Shown: positions 41,094-51,879, numbered from the stretch's first letter. The stretch: 64,000 bases of DNA from Candidatus Levyibacteriota bacterium (GCA_027459725.1 DAIDHK010000001.1:67411-131410); one strand, 5' to 3'. The notes: a model not told the origin generated them from the sequence alone. Program-made: numbers and translations.

Positions 41094-42167
41094 TTAAACG
41101 TTAGTTGATCCCTTGTAGACTTTAGGAGTTAACCAGTCTGCCGGAGGATTTGACTCCTCCATGTCTTTATGATCCTGCTGCTGATTTTTTTTCTGGTTGG
41201 ATTGCTCCTGCTGCAGTTGCTGACGGATAACCTGTTGTCTGCGCTGCAATTGCTGCTGCTGATTATTCTGAGCTGGTCTGCGTTCCTGAACTGGAGCTTC
41301 CAAGATATCCTGGGTATTTTGCTCATTAGCTGGTTTCTGGTTAAAATTACGTTGTTGCTGCATTTGACGGTTAGTGTTTTGATTTACTGGATTTTGACGA
41401 CGCTGGTTATTATTTGGTCGGGTTTGCATTTGTTCCATTGGTCTTTTTGCACCTTTGCGTAGTAATATAGCAGCAATTTCAAAAGCTAAATAACTTGTAC
41501 CTTCCTGCTGGAAGTTATTGGTAGCAGCATGAATACCATATAATAGGTTTTGTGCTGTATCAATATCAAAATCATATCCTAAAGATAACAATAAATCAGC
41601 TACCTGCTCACTAACAGAGGAAAATCGGGGAGAAACTAAGACTACATTTCCATAGTTTTCATTTTCTTCTTTGTTATCTATATTTATTACAGTAACGTTC
41701 TTCAGACTTTCCGGATTGACCAGTTGTCCCAAATCTGACAAACGGGGAGTACCTACAGTAACAAATAATCCATTTAGCGACCCTCCATGGTTATAGCGGA
41801 CATCATCTTCGGTAAATGAAAAACCCTGTTCACCTGGCTTGACAATAATATTCAAAAATCCATTGTCAAGAGTATATGAGACTTTTTCAATTTCTCCTTC
41901 GTCCTTGTACGGGAAAGATACTATTAAATCTCCACCATTTCCCTGAATAGCAGTTTTAACTTTATCAATTCCCACCAGAGATGAATGCTCAACTAAAGGA
42001 GTTTCAGGTGCAATGATATTAACTTTTTTATTAGCTTGAGTAAAGGTAAGATAAATAGAGAGAGCTGCAGCCAACTCATCCAGACTAGGCTGTTGTCTAA
42101 CTGCAATAGTGACCTGATCATGCTGATCAATAATGTCTTTAATTTGCTGTAAAGCTTGACTATCCAT
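41094..42167 (-). CDS. DHH/NrnA-like protein with degenerate catalytic motifs and a Q/N-rich tail
   Basis: PSLDELAAAL, VINIDNKEENENYGNVVLV, SSVSEQV, AQNLLYGI..ATNNF; located after infB, where NrnA usually lies. Confidence 0.75.
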   Translation of the reverse strand: MDSQALQQIKDIIDQHDQVTIAVRQQPSLDELAAALSIYLTFTQANKKVNIIAPETPLVEHSSLVGIDKVKTAIQGNGGDLIVSFPYKDEGEIEKVSYTLDNGFLNIIVKPGEQGFSFTEDDVRYNHGGSLNGLFVTVGTPRLSDLGQLVNPESLKNVTVINIDNKEENENYGNVVLVSPRFSSVSEQVADLLLSLGYDFDIDTAQNLLYGIHAATNNFQQEGTSYLAFEIAAILLRKGAKRPMEQMQTRPNNNQRRQNPVNQNTNRQMQQQRNFNQKPANEQNTQDILEAPVQERRPAQNNQQQQLQRRQQVIRQQLQQEQSNQKKNQQQDHKDMEESNPPADWLTPKVYKGSTNV

Positions 42168-42200
42168 AAGTTTATAGCTAATTAAATATATCCTATATTA

Positions 42201-43661
42201 TTAGCTATGGCATACTAACATATCTCCCAGTTGAAAGTCAAGAGGGGTAGCTAAAACAAGTCCGGCTTCATGCCCTTTTTCGACCTTGGATTGGGTATCT
42301 TTACCAACCCGCAGAGATGCTATAGTAGTTTCACCAATCGTATCCTCACCCCGCATAATCCTGATCCTATCTCCTCTGGCAACACGTCCCTCCAATACTC
42401 TGATACCAAGCGCAAACGTCTTCTCAAAAGGAAATTTAGCCATAATCTTGGCCGTGCCAAATACCTGTTCAACAGCTGCCCGTTGCCTACCTTCCAATAC
42501 ATCGGTTATCTCATCAATCATTTCATAAATAATATTGTAATTTTTTGCCAATACACGCTCAGTCATGGCTAGTTTCTGTACTTCAGCCCTGATCTTACTA
42601 TTGAAGCTGACTACAATCGCACCTGTTGATTTAGCCAGTAAAATATCAGCTTCAGATACCTCCCCTGTTTTTTTAGCCATAATCTTTACGTCTTCCGGTA
42701 GTGCATAAGTGATAGCCTCCAGAGACCCCTCCGTATCGGCACATACCACTAAAGAGACCTTCCCGCGCTCATCCTCTTTAGCCACGTATTTAAGTTCACG
42801 CTGCATGGGTGTGGCCTCCTGCTGTTGGATCTGTACAGCGTTTTCCTGACTTGTGAGAATACTACCCACCGGCAGGGCTTCACTCATTCCCAGAACCTCT
42901 ACAGCCTCTCCCACACTGACTGTGGGGATCTGCTTACCAAGAGGCGATATTAGCGTACGCACTCGGAAGTTTTGTCCGTCACATACTACGTCATCACGCA
43001 TGTTCAGAGTCCCATTTTTTACTACAATTGTGGCCTTAGCGCCCACCTTAGGATCACGCTTAGATTCGATCACAATCCCCAGCAAAGGGGCATTCGCTTT
43101 GATAGCAGTATTTGTAGACTGCATATCAAAAGAGAGCAAAATGAGATCGAGTAACTCCTTGATATTGTGGTTTGTTTTAGCTGACACTTCCAGAAAAGGT
43201 ACATCGCCGCCCAAACCTTCCAATAACACATTTTCGCGCAGTAACTGTTGTTTTACTTTTTCAATCTGTGCTCCAGGTAAGTCAGATTTGGTTAAAGCAA
43301 CGATAAACGGCAGTTTCTCCTGATGCAGTAGGTGAATACTTTCTCTGGTTTGCGGCATTACACCATCAGCTAAAGAGACTACTAAAATACCGATATCAGC
43401 TGCCTGTGCTCCACGGCTGCGCATGGAGGTAAATGCCTCGTGGCCGGGAGTATCTATAAAAGTTATCTGTCTTTTCTGTCCTTCATAAACAATCTCTATT
43501 GAAGAAGCTCCAATTTTCTGCGTAATACCGCCAAATTCTCTTTGCGCGATTGAAGTTTTGCGGATTGCATCCAGCAATGTCGTCTTACCATGATCGACAT
43601 GGCCAAGAACTGTTACTACCGGAGGGAATTGATTGATATGTTTGATGTCCTGATTTGCCAT
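42201..43661 (-). CDS. infB: Translation initiation factor IF-2 (short form, no N-terminal extension)
   Basis: [42 protein letters not shown]. Confidence 0.97.
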   Translation of the reverse strand: MANQDIKHINQFPPVVTVLGHVDHGKTTLLDAIRKTSIAQREFGGITQKIGASSIEIVYEGQKRQITFIDTPGHEAFTSMRSRGAQAADIGILVVSLADGVMPQTRESIHLLHQEKLPFIVALTKSDLPGAQIEKVKQQLLRENVLLEGLGGDVPFLEVSAKTNHNIKELLDLILLSFDMQSTNTAIKANAPLLGIVIESKRDPKVGAKATIVVKNGTLNMRDDVVCDGQNFRVRTLISPLGKQIPTVSVGEAVEVLGMSEALPVGSILTSQENAVQIQQQEATPMQRELKYVAKEDERGKVSLVVCADTEGSLEAITYALPEDVKIMAKKTGEVSEADILLAKSTGAIVVSFNSKIRAEVQKLAMTERVLAKNYNIIYEMIDEITDVLEGRQRAAVEQVFGTAKIMAKFPFEKTFALGIRVLEGRVARGDRIRIMRGEDTIGETTIASLRVGKDTQSKVEKGHEAGLVLATPLDFQLGDMLVCHS

Positions 43662-43755
43662 ATGTTTTATGTCCTTTCATATTACTAATTTTCATTTAAA
43701 CTTAAACCTCTTTAGTCTATTAAAATTGAAAATTGTAAAGTAAATACTTATGAAG

Positions 43756-44892
43756 TTACTCAGTTGCCTTGCTTTCTTCTACTGGAGTCACTTGCTCTCC
43801 TTTATGCTCTACGTCTTCCTGGGCTTCTTTGGCTTCAGATGGATCATTAACTGCTTGATGAATTTCCTGTGTTACTGCTGCCGCATTAGCTTCTTTTTCA
43901 CTTTGTTCTTCTGCTTTTTCTGCTACAACCTCCTCGGCTGGCTCCTCCTGTCCAGCAATCTCGATACGATAGCCAGTCAATTTAGAAGCTAAACGAACAT
44001 TTTGACCTTCTTTACCGATAGCCAAAGACAATTCATCCTTAGGAACTGAGACCTGGGCAACCTTGTCAGCTTCGTTAATTTGAGCAATGACATGTTTGGC
44101 GGGTGATAAAGCCTGAGCAACATACAAAGCTGGATCATCCTGCCATTGAATAATATCTATTTTTTCCACACCATTAAATTCCTGAATAATGGCCTGAATA
44201 CGAACACCCTTCTGACCAACACATGAACCTACTGGATCAATACCGGACTGATTGGAATATACAGCTACTTTGGAACGATTGCCCGGCTCGCGAACAATGG
44301 CTTTAATTTCAACACTGCCTTGCGCAACTTCAGGTACTTCGCGCTTGAATAGACCCTCAAGCAGACCATTGTCAGAGCGGGAAACAATAATTTCATCCCC
44401 ACGTGGACCCGGTTTAATTTCTTTCAGATAAACCGACAATCTCTGATTTAAATTATATTTCTCATTTTGAATTTGTTCGTGTGGCGGCATAACCCCTTCT
44501 GCTTTGCCGACATCGATAATCACATTGGGACCAGCAAAACGGAGAACCATTCCATTAACGACTGTACCCATACGAACTTTATAATCTGTTAAAATTGCTT
44601 CTTTTTCCCTTTCCCGAATTTTTTGTAAAATAATTTGTTTGGCGGTTTGTGCTGCAATGCGACCAAAACCCGGAGGAGTAACATCTTCTTTATCATGAAA
44701 AATTTTTGCTTCACCCGTATTAGGATCTAATTCGGCTGAATATTCTTCTGCCACAATATCCGGATGATCTTTGCGATATGCAGCCAGAATAGCAGCATTT
44801 ACAGTTTCTAAAACTACAGAAACATCCAAACCTCTCTCCGAGGCAACTTGATTTAAAGCTAACGCAAATTCAGATCTTTGTATTGCTGGCAT
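43756..44892 (-). CDS. nusA: Transcription factor NusA
   Basis: FGRIAAQTAKQ, S1 domain, REPGNRSKVAV, DPVGSCVG, LAIGKEGQNVRLASKLTG. Confidence 0.98.
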   Translation of the reverse strand: MPAIQRSEFALALNQVASERGLDVSVVLETVNAAILAAYRKDHPDIVAEEYSAELDPNTGEAKIFHDKEDVTPPGFGRIAAQTAKQIILQKIREREKEAILTDYKVRMGTVVNGMVLRFAGPNVIIDVGKAEGVMPPHEQIQNEKYNLNQRLSVYLKEIKPGPRGDEIIVSRSDNGLLEGLFKREVPEVAQGSVEIKAIVREPGNRSKVAVYSNQSGIDPVGSCVGQKGVRIQAIIQEFNGVEKIDIIQWQDDPALYVAQALSPAKHVIAQINEADKVAQVSVPKDELSLAIGKEGQNVRLASKLTGYRIEIAGQEEPAEEVVAEKAEEQSEKEANAAAVTQEIHQAVNDPSEAKEAQEDVEHKGEQVTPVEESKATE

Positions 44893-44961
44893 ACGAAGTT
44901 AGTATATCAGATTGAGGCCACATGATCAACCAGTATATATAACTTGAAGCGAGATTAAAAA

Positions 44962-46323
44962 TTGATTAAACTAAGGAAAGTGAAATCTATTTTAATCCTG
45001 TTAATCGTGTTGATAGTAGCCGCAGCTGTTTCGTTAAGCGGAGGATTTAGTTCATTTTTACAAAGCGGCAATCAGGCCAGTCTTACCAGCGCAATTACCA
45101 TTACAGGAACTTCAACCGGATCAAACAGTTCGACAACTCTTAATGATACTTCCAAAAGCTTTACTCCAGGATCATTGGTAGGAGATACTATTACTATCAA
45201 TTCCGGTACCGGTGCTGGGCAGTCAGCAACTATTACTTCCAATACTAACAACCAAGTTACGATTGACAAACCCTGGACTACTACACCAGACACCTCTTCT
45301 AATTATACAATCACACCACCCGGAACAGGGGGATCAGCCAGCAGCGGCGGAATAGTTGTTGTTCCACCCCCCAATCAGAACGGCAAACAGTTACAGTTAA
45401 ATACCTTTGAGATGATTACTTTAACACCAACCTCAGCACCTACGCCAGCAACTGCTTGCGTATCTACAGATGGACCCAGAAACTCCAATTGTTCGTGTAC
45501 TACCCCGAGCGTCATCGCTGTTACCTGCAATGTTGGTAATACTAACCCTTCTGTTTTTAATGGGATTGGAGTTAATGAAACTTGCCCAGATGGAGGTGTT
45601 CCATGTGCGGATGTAAAACCAAAATATTATGCAGGTATAAGTTGCACTCCAACAAGCTGCGTATACCTTAAAAATACCTTAGTCATTCCTGGAGGTAGTA
45701 CGTTACCAGCAAGCCCAAGTTATTCAAAATATGAGAATTGTACAGGTGTGGCAAATGTTTGTTTTGATAAACCAGTCATTTACTTATATTCTGATCATGT
45801 CATAAATCATGTTTCTGTAAAACTAAATATTCCAGGAATTATTACTAAAAGTATTCCATCATACCCCGAAACTGGATGGAATAATATAACAGTTATACCT
45901 GGAGGTATAATAAATTATGATAATAAGATCTATAATGAATTATTCTATGAAACTAGCGTAAAAAAAACTCCTCAGTTAACCACAGGTTACGTATATTCTA
46001 CTAAAAATTTGCCAATCGAGTTAAATAATTTAACAACTAGACTAGGATTAAAACAATCAGAAAAGGAAGAATTTCTGAATTATTGGATGCCAAAGTTATA
46101 TGCATTAAATAAACCATATATATACGTTGGGATTCTTTTTGCAAAAGAAAAAGAACAAGTAGATAATGTTATTATCTCTCCAGAACCTGATACGACTATC
46201 TCTTTCTTGACCATATTTAAAGGATTAAGTACAGAAATCTTAGTCAAACAACCCACTCTTCCTAATATCCCCACAAGAAAAGGATTTGTCATGGTTGAAT
46301 GGGGAGGCGCAATAGAAAACTAA
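44962..46323 (+). CDS. Secreted/membrane mosaic protein: Thr-rich beta module, Cys-rich region, C-terminal KPVIYLY...EWGG domain
   Basis: N-terminal hydrophobic segment; GTGAGQSATITSNT...WTTTPD..S.YTI module; 10 Cys; KPVIYLY...YP..GW...LFYE...EFLNYWMP...RKGFVMVEWGG. Start codon uncertain (TTG 44962 or GTG 44980). Confidence 0.7.
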   Translation: MIKLRKVKSILILLIVLIVAAAVSLSGGFSSFLQSGNQASLTSAITITGTSTGSNSSTTLNDTSKSFTPGSLVGDTITINSGTGAGQSATITSNTNNQVTIDKPWTTTPDTSSNYTITPPGTGGSASSGGIVVVPPPNQNGKQLQLNTFEMITLTPTSAPTPATACVSTDGPRNSNCSCTTPSVIAVTCNVGNTNPSVFNGIGVNETCPDGGVPCADVKPKYYAGISCTPTSCVYLKNTLVIPGGSTLPASPSYSKYENCTGVANVCFDKPVIYLYSDHVINHVSVKLNIPGIITKSIPSYPETGWNNITVIPGGIINYDNKIYNELFYETSVKKTPQLTTGYVYSTKNLPIELNNLTTRLGLKQSEKEEFLNYWMPKLYALNKPYIYVGILFAKEKEQVDNVIISPEPDTTISFLTIFKGLSTEILVKQPTLPNIPTRKGFVMVEWGGAIEN

Positions 46324-46982
46324 ATTATTTTTAATGAAGATAAGATCTTATTTACTGTATTTTTATCATTTTGTCTAGTATTTTCAATAGAAAATGAGGT
46401 TTGAATAATAAATTGAATGTTATTACTTTCTAGGTAATAGACACTAGTTTGTAGCTTACCATAAGACTGACCATCAATAACTGGCCCGTTAATAATACTT
46501 GAAGAAAAGTCTGCTTGTTTACCACCAATATTTTTTTGCGTGTAGTCTATCTTAGTGTTTAGAGCAACTTCTTCTCTCTGTTTTAAACTTTCTGTGGAAT
46601 TCACGATTTCTATAATCTTGATAAAAGGTGAGATTGGGTCATAATTCCCATTTTGGACAGGAGACAGCTTTATAATTTTATATCCACTCAAAGATTCATC
46701 CTGAATAGTCCAATTTTGAGGATATTTTAGTGAATATATATCACCTGAGTATTGTTTCCAGTCATTAGTAGCACTAGAGGAAACAACTCCAGCTGAAATA
46801 GCCGGATTATTAGAAGTTACTGAATTATTGATTGTAGGATTGTTGGAGGGTGAGTTAGCGCTATTTTCAGATATACTTGAATTAGATTGCTTAGGAGAGG
46901 TCGAGTACCTTAATATGATAGAAAATAAAGCTACTAGAATTAATATAAATATACCTACAAAAACCAAAATTTTTTTATTCAT
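46320..46982 (-). CDS. Membrane-anchored PsbP-like protein
   Basis: TM, S/N-rich linker, DWKQY....YSLKYPQNW...IGGKQA...NKILSSLKII PsbP-like pattern. Confidence 0.7.
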   Translation of the reverse strand: MNKKILVFVGIFILILVALFSIILRYSTSPKQSNSSISENSANSPSNNPTINNSVTSNNPAISAGVVSSSATNDWKQYSGDIYSLKYPQNWTIQDESLSGYKIIKLSPVQNGNYDPISPFIKIIEIVNSTESLKQREEVALNTKIDYTQKNIGGKQADFSSSIINGPVIDGQSYGKLQTSVYYLESNNIQFIIQTSFSIENTRQNDKNTVNKILSSLKII

Positions 46983-46986
46983 AAAG

Positions 46987-49392
46987 TCACTTTGTTAAAA
47001 CAATCTGTCCACTGGCATCGACATTTAAAACGATCTTATCTCCCCTTTTAATCTGATCCTGAAGTTTTGCTTTTGCCAATAAGTCTTCTATATTATCCTG
47101 AATATACCTTCTCATCGGACGAGCTCCAAATTCAACGTCAGCACCTTCTTTAACAATTTTATCTATAACAACCTCGCTAAATGATAGACCAATATCCTGC
47201 TGTGCCATTTGACCAATAATGTCATTTAAAATTAACTGCACAATTTGCTTTAATTCCACAGGACCAAGTGGAGTAAAGGTAATAACATCATCAAAACGGT
47301 TTAGTAGTTCAGGACGGAAAATCTGATTTTGCTGCAGATATTCTAACAGCTTTTGCTGAAACACTTTATCTATTTTCTGTCCTGACACAACATTTTCACG
47401 AACAAATTCTGCTCCTGCATTTGAGGTGGCAATAATAATACTGTTCACAAAAGTAACCGTATGGCCTTTATTATCTGTCAAACGTCCATCTTCTAATACC
47501 TGCAAAAACAAATCAAGAATTTTAGGATGAGCTTTCTCAAATTCATCCAGCAAAACTAAAGAAAACGGATGATCATGAATTTTATCAGTCAGTTCGCCTC
47601 TTTCATTCCCCTCTCCGGGGGCTGAACCAAGTAGTCTTCTCTCTCCATCAATATCGGAGTACTCAGACATGTCCAGACGAATCATATTCTGTTCGCCGCC
47701 AAAATATACCGAAGCTAAGGCTTTAGCTGTTTCTGATTTGCCGACTCCAGTTGGCCCTAAGAAAAGGAAAGAAATGGGTCTATTCTGTGTAGTTAGGCCT
47801 GAGCGTAAACGCCTAAGTGCCTCAGCAATGGCCGAGATAGCCTGCGTCTGATCAATAACCTTTTCATGAATTTTATCTTCCAAATGCAATAATAATTCTT
47901 TTTCCTCTTTGGTAGGAGCACCTACATTAACCTGAGTTTTTAAACTGATTTGTGCCTCGATGTCACTGGCTAATACTACTTTTTGTCTTGACTTACCCAG
48001 ATAATGAGATTGTGAAGAAATTGCCACACTATTAGCCGCATCGTTGAGTAAGTTAACAGCACTACCTGGCAGCACCGCATCCTGCTCGTAACGGTCAGCC
48101 AGGTTAATAGCAGTCAGTACTGCATGATAAGTCATTATCACACCATTTTTATTTTCTATATCATCTGTTTTGGCAATTAGCATTTGCGTCGCAATATCTT
48201 TACTGGGTTCAAGAATATTGATTAAGGTAAACACTTCATGGAGTGGATTCTGCTGCATGTAAGTTTTGTAATTACCGGGTGACATACTGGCAATTACCGG
48301 CAGAAAGCCAGACTGTAAATAGGGCAACAGAGCGCCGGACAAATCTATAGCATAAGAACTTGCTCCCATCAAATTTTCAAAATCAGGAATATACAAAATT
48401 ACATTTCTGGCATGTGAGACTTCGGCTACGATCGATTCTAAACGAAGCTCTAAGTCACTACGGTCTTGCGCTCCGGCAATAAGCGGACCCACCATAAGCT
48501 GTAAAATCTTCTTATGATTAAGAAAGCCTGAAAGATGAGAGTAATAACTATCATTGGCCAACTCAGCCACCAGATTTTCTTTCCCTACACCATCTTCGCC
48601 CACCAGTAACACATTATTGTTTTCCCTTTTGCTCAGTGCTTCTAAAAGCGCTCTATATTGATCTTCTCTTCCTATTAAAAACGGTTCTATATCACGATAA
48701 CTAAAGTCCTGTGTATAATTTTTAGTCTCCGGGGTCCAACCATTTACAATCCCTTCGCCTATTCCTTCACCGGTAAAATTCATTCTAATTGGTCTGGGGA
48801 ACTCTTCGTTTTTAAATTTATAACGAGCCCATAATAATATTTGAAGTAGTTCCTCCTGTTTAATTTCATGATTGAAAAGTGTTTTGGTCTGATCTTCGCT
48901 CAAGAGCAAATAAGCAACCAGAGCGTCCATAGTAGTAATATAACTTCCGCCTATTTTCTCTACAATTTCTGCCGCTTTAGCAATAATTTGATCTGTGGGG
49001 ATATCTAGAACTTTAATATCCTCAACTGGTATCGCTGATTTTTCTAATACAAAAGACACGGTGGGAGTTTTTAATAATTTGTAAATAAATTTTTGCAATG
49101 TAATTGCAGAAAACAAAATTTGTAATAAATCTTTACTGCTAGACAGTGTCCATTTACCTTTATCATTTCTATTTACAGGTAGATAAGGATGAGATAAGTA
49201 GACATGAAAACGAAAAAATATTTCACAGATCAGAAACCATACAAAAACAAATAACGGCAAGCTAACTGGAAGTTTATGATTTAACTGGTTGAGAAAAAGT
49301 AAAATCACAAATACAAAGACTAATGTTCTGACAGACCGCAATAGCGCAGATGTATATATAATCTTTAATTTAACTAAACCTTCAATATTCAT
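46987..49392 (-). CDS. Membrane-anchored Hsp100/Clp AAA+ protein with degenerate first ATPase ring
   Basis: Two N-terminal TMs. D1: GEDGVGKE and LYIPDFE (degenerate Walker A/B). D2 intact: [47 protein letters not shown]. Confidence 0.9.
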   Translation of the reverse strand: MNIEGLVKLKIIYTSALLRSVRTLVFVFVILLFLNQLNHKLPVSLPLFVFVWFLICEIFFRFHVYLSHPYLPVNRNDKGKWTLSSSKDLLQILFSAITLQKFIYKLLKTPTVSFVLEKSAIPVEDIKVLDIPTDQIIAKAAEIVEKIGGSYITTMDALVAYLLLSEDQTKTLFNHEIKQEELLQILLWARYKFKNEEFPRPIRMNFTGEGIGEGIVNGWTPETKNYTQDFSYRDIEPFLIGREDQYRALLEALSKRENNNVLLVGEDGVGKENLVAELANDSYYSHLSGFLNHKKILQLMVGPLIAGAQDRSDLELRLESIVAEVSHARNVILYIPDFENLMGASSYAIDLSGALLPYLQSGFLPVIASMSPGNYKTYMQQNPLHEVFTLINILEPSKDIATQMLIAKTDDIENKNGVIMTYHAVLTAINLADRYEQDAVLPGSAVNLLNDAANSVAISSQSHYLGKSRQKVVLASDIEAQISLKTQVNVGAPTKEEKELLLHLEDKIHEKVIDQTQAISAIAEALRRLRSGLTTQNRPISFLFLGPTGVGKSETAKALASVYFGGEQNMIRLDMSEYSDIDGERRLLGSAPGEGNERGELTDKIHDHPFSLVLLDEFEKAHPKILDLFLQVLEDGRLTDNKGHTVTFVNSIIIATSNAGAEFVRENVVSGQKIDKVFQQKLLEYLQQNQIFRPELLNRFDDVITFTPLGPVELKQIVQLILNDIIGQMAQQDIGLSFSEVVIDKIVKEGADVEFGARPMRRYIQDNIEDLLAKAKLQDQIKRGDKIVLNVDASGQIVLTK

Positions 49393-49721
49393 AGCTTAAT
49401 GAAAAATAAAAGAAATGAAAAAACTGGTAACAGGACAAAAACGCATATAAACATAAATTCAGCGCACAATAAAACCAACAACAGCAACAAGGAAATTAAA
49501 ATAAGAGCTGTCTTCACAAAAATCCCCATGCCGATAGAAAATCCTACCAGACCCTGCCTGTATTCATTTTTAATAGGTTGAAAAAAAGTTCTTAACAATA
49601 ACCCGACAGAAAACATACGTAAGAAGGAGGAATTAAGTGAAGAAAAATACGACAACAGTCCAAGCGGAGCATTTACATACCAGAATTTCAAAAACTCAAC
49701 CGGCAACAGTGAATATTGCAT
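49389..49721 (-). CDS. Small membrane protein translationally coupled to the membrane Clp ATPase
   Basis: FWY....LLRTFFQPIK..., hydrophobic C-terminal half; 4-nt ATGA overlap with the next gene. Confidence 0.8.
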   Translation of the reverse strand: MQYSLLPVEFLKFWYVNAPLGLLSYFSSLNSSFLRMFSVGLLLRTFFQPIKNEYRQGLVGFSIGMGIFVKTALILISLLLLLVLLCAEFMFICVFVLLPVFSFLLFFIKL

Positions 49722-49781
49722 ACTAGTCTAGCATAGAAAGTTTAGTTCAAAAAAGCAAACCAGCTCAAGCCAAAGATACTT

Positions 49782-51863
49782 CTACTGACATGCAAAAGTA
49801 CACAACTGCAATCCCCCTGCTCCATGTGAACATTTACTGACGACCTTACATCCCGGCAAAGCCATGTTTGCCTGATTTAATAAACCAGACGGGACCTTCC
49901 ACTCAATCAAATAGTTGCCAGTTTGTGAGATAGTTGTTGAATAAGGTCCAATGGTTATGCCATCGGGTAATTGAGCTGTCAGCTGCAATTGTCCAAAACT
50001 AAAATCAGAAAAATCAACCGCTCCAGTGAGACTCGTAACACCTGTAAACTGCTGACCGCCAGAACTTAAAGTCAAGTTTACATTCGATATACCCTCATTA
50101 CCATCATAATATCCGTTGCCATTAAGATCGTTATAGACGATAACATGTAAAGATAAATCCGCTGAGGGAGTACCTGTAAGACTAACTGTACCATTTGGAC
50201 TCACAGTTGGAGATGGTGAGACTCCTTTTGTCGACAGAGGCTGACTGCTGCATGCAGGAGCAACTTCAGTTCTATTTAAACATACAGCTCCCTGCTGTGT
50301 ATTAACCGGTTGCTGATCCATCTCAGTAGCCTGTAAAGCTTTTTCAACATTAACACAAGTATTAGAGTACCCTCCATATAAATCATTACAGGCTAACAGC
50401 ATGTCAATATACATATCGGAAAAATTTGCTGAAGGAATTAAATAATGAGTTAGCGCCCGATATTGAATCTGATAACTGGCACTGCCTATACCATCAATCT
50501 GACAGCCGTTAAAACTTCCTCCCTCAGTCATCAAATAAAAAGCTTTATTCATCACACCCTCGTTGGAATGAACTCCTCCACTGTCTTGAGTATCACAGAT
50601 ATACAACGGAGAAAAAAGTTTATCCGGCTGACCAGTAAGTGTAGGATCATTCAGATATCTAAAAGGTGTTTTAACTCCCGCAATATGAACATCCGCTCCT
50701 ATTGACCAGTTATGATCAATGCCGGTAGCAAAAATATCTGAATTGCTTTCATTTAATGCTCCTGACTGATAGCTATAAATTAATCCTGCAGTGTAATGAG
50801 TTACCGCATGCGTTAATTCATGTGTGACGATGTCCAAAACATCCATACCGGCACATAATTCAATCCCACCGTCTACATAAGCTGAATTAGGACAGGGGAA
50901 TCCCGCAATATCAGCTCTGTTCACATAACCAAAAAGGGTTGCACCTTTATTATCTATACTGTCGCGGTTAAAATTGTTTAGATAAAACTGGTATACCTGC
51001 CCGAAAATATCATAAAGTTTATTGACGTCAGTGTTCATGGAGGGGGGCTGACCCTCTGTACGACTCACTACGCAATTATCAGAGTTGTTACAGTTGCTGA
51101 TGTTGCGGGCTAAAAGTGTTTCTACCTGATTTTCCTGGTAAACAATTTTTCCACTGGTTAAGTCAATAAAATAACGTGTAGCAAAATCCGGTGGTTTGTT
51201 CGATGTAGTTATTAAAACAGCTAAAACATGATAGGTAGTGCCATTATTGCTCAGGCCTAAAGCCTGCAGATTTAATAAGTACTCATTATCATTAGCAACC
51301 TTTAAATTTAAATGAGGATTATCCTTTCTTGCCTGGTTTAAGGCAATCATTTCAGCTTTCTCCCGGTTGATTTGGGTACTCAAAGTAGCAGGTTGCTTAG
51401 TAACCACTACCCCCGAAGCAGCATATATCTCGTCCACATGCTGAATGTGAACCGCGATAATCCCATCATAAACAGGTATATTATCTATGGTTTGCTGATA
51501 AAAATAATGTTCGGTGCCTGGTAGATAGTAGGTAGGACTTTGCTGGTCAACCAAGCTTCTCTGTAAAACAACCTTGGAATAACTATTTAAACCATTCCCA
51601 AAAATCCCGTTAGGATTTGCGCTAATAAAATCTAATGCTGCTGCCTCCCCCTGCTGATTTGATTTATATAAATAACCATTTTCAGTGTACAAGGAAAAAG
51701 CATTATCATTGCTATGTGTAACAGTATAAGAATCTTTGCCTAATATCTGAGGACTGATCCTAATCTGACTGACAAAATATGTTATTAAAGTAACTAATAT
51801 AAGTAATACGAAAGCTTCGACTAACCAGTATCTTCTCAAATACTTTAAAACCTTTTCTCTCAT
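49782..51863 (-). CDS. Membrane-tethered thermolysin-family (M4) zinc metalloprotease
   Basis: N-terminal TM, FTP propeptide (YQQTIDNIPVY), PepSY (YFIDLTSGKIV), HELTH, GALNESNSD, GGVHSN, and a C-terminal SdrD-B-like domain (VYNDLNGNG). Confidence 0.93.
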   Translation of the reverse strand: MREKVLKYLRRYWLVEAFVLLILVTLITYFVSQIRISPQILGKDSYTVTHSNDNAFSLYTENGYLYKSNQQGEAAALDFISANPNGIFGNGLNSYSKVVLQRSLVDQQSPTYYLPGTEHYFYQQTIDNIPVYDGIIAVHIQHVDEIYAASGVVVTKQPATLSTQINREKAEMIALNQARKDNPHLNLKVANDNEYLLNLQALGLSNNGTTYHVLAVLITTSNKPPDFATRYFIDLTSGKIVYQENQVETLLARNISNCNNSDNCVVSRTEGQPPSMNTDVNKLYDIFGQVYQFYLNNFNRDSIDNKGATLFGYVNRADIAGFPCPNSAYVDGGIELCAGMDVLDIVTHELTHAVTHYTAGLIYSYQSGALNESNSDIFATGIDHNWSIGADVHIAGVKTPFRYLNDPTLTGQPDKLFSPLYICDTQDSGGVHSNEGVMNKAFYLMTEGGSFNGCQIDGIGSASYQIQYRALTHYLIPSANFSDMYIDMLLACNDLYGGYSNTCVNVEKALQATEMDQQPVNTQQGAVCLNRTEVAPACSSQPLSTKGVSPSPTVSPNGTVSLTGTPSADLSLHVIVYNDLNGNGYYDGNEGISNVNLTLSSGGQQFTGVTSLTGAVDFSDFSFGQLQLTAQLPDGITIGPYSTTISQTGNYLIEWKVPSGLLNQANMALPGCKVVSKCSHGAGGLQLCTFACQ

Positions 51864-51879
51864 ATTCTTATCATACAGG

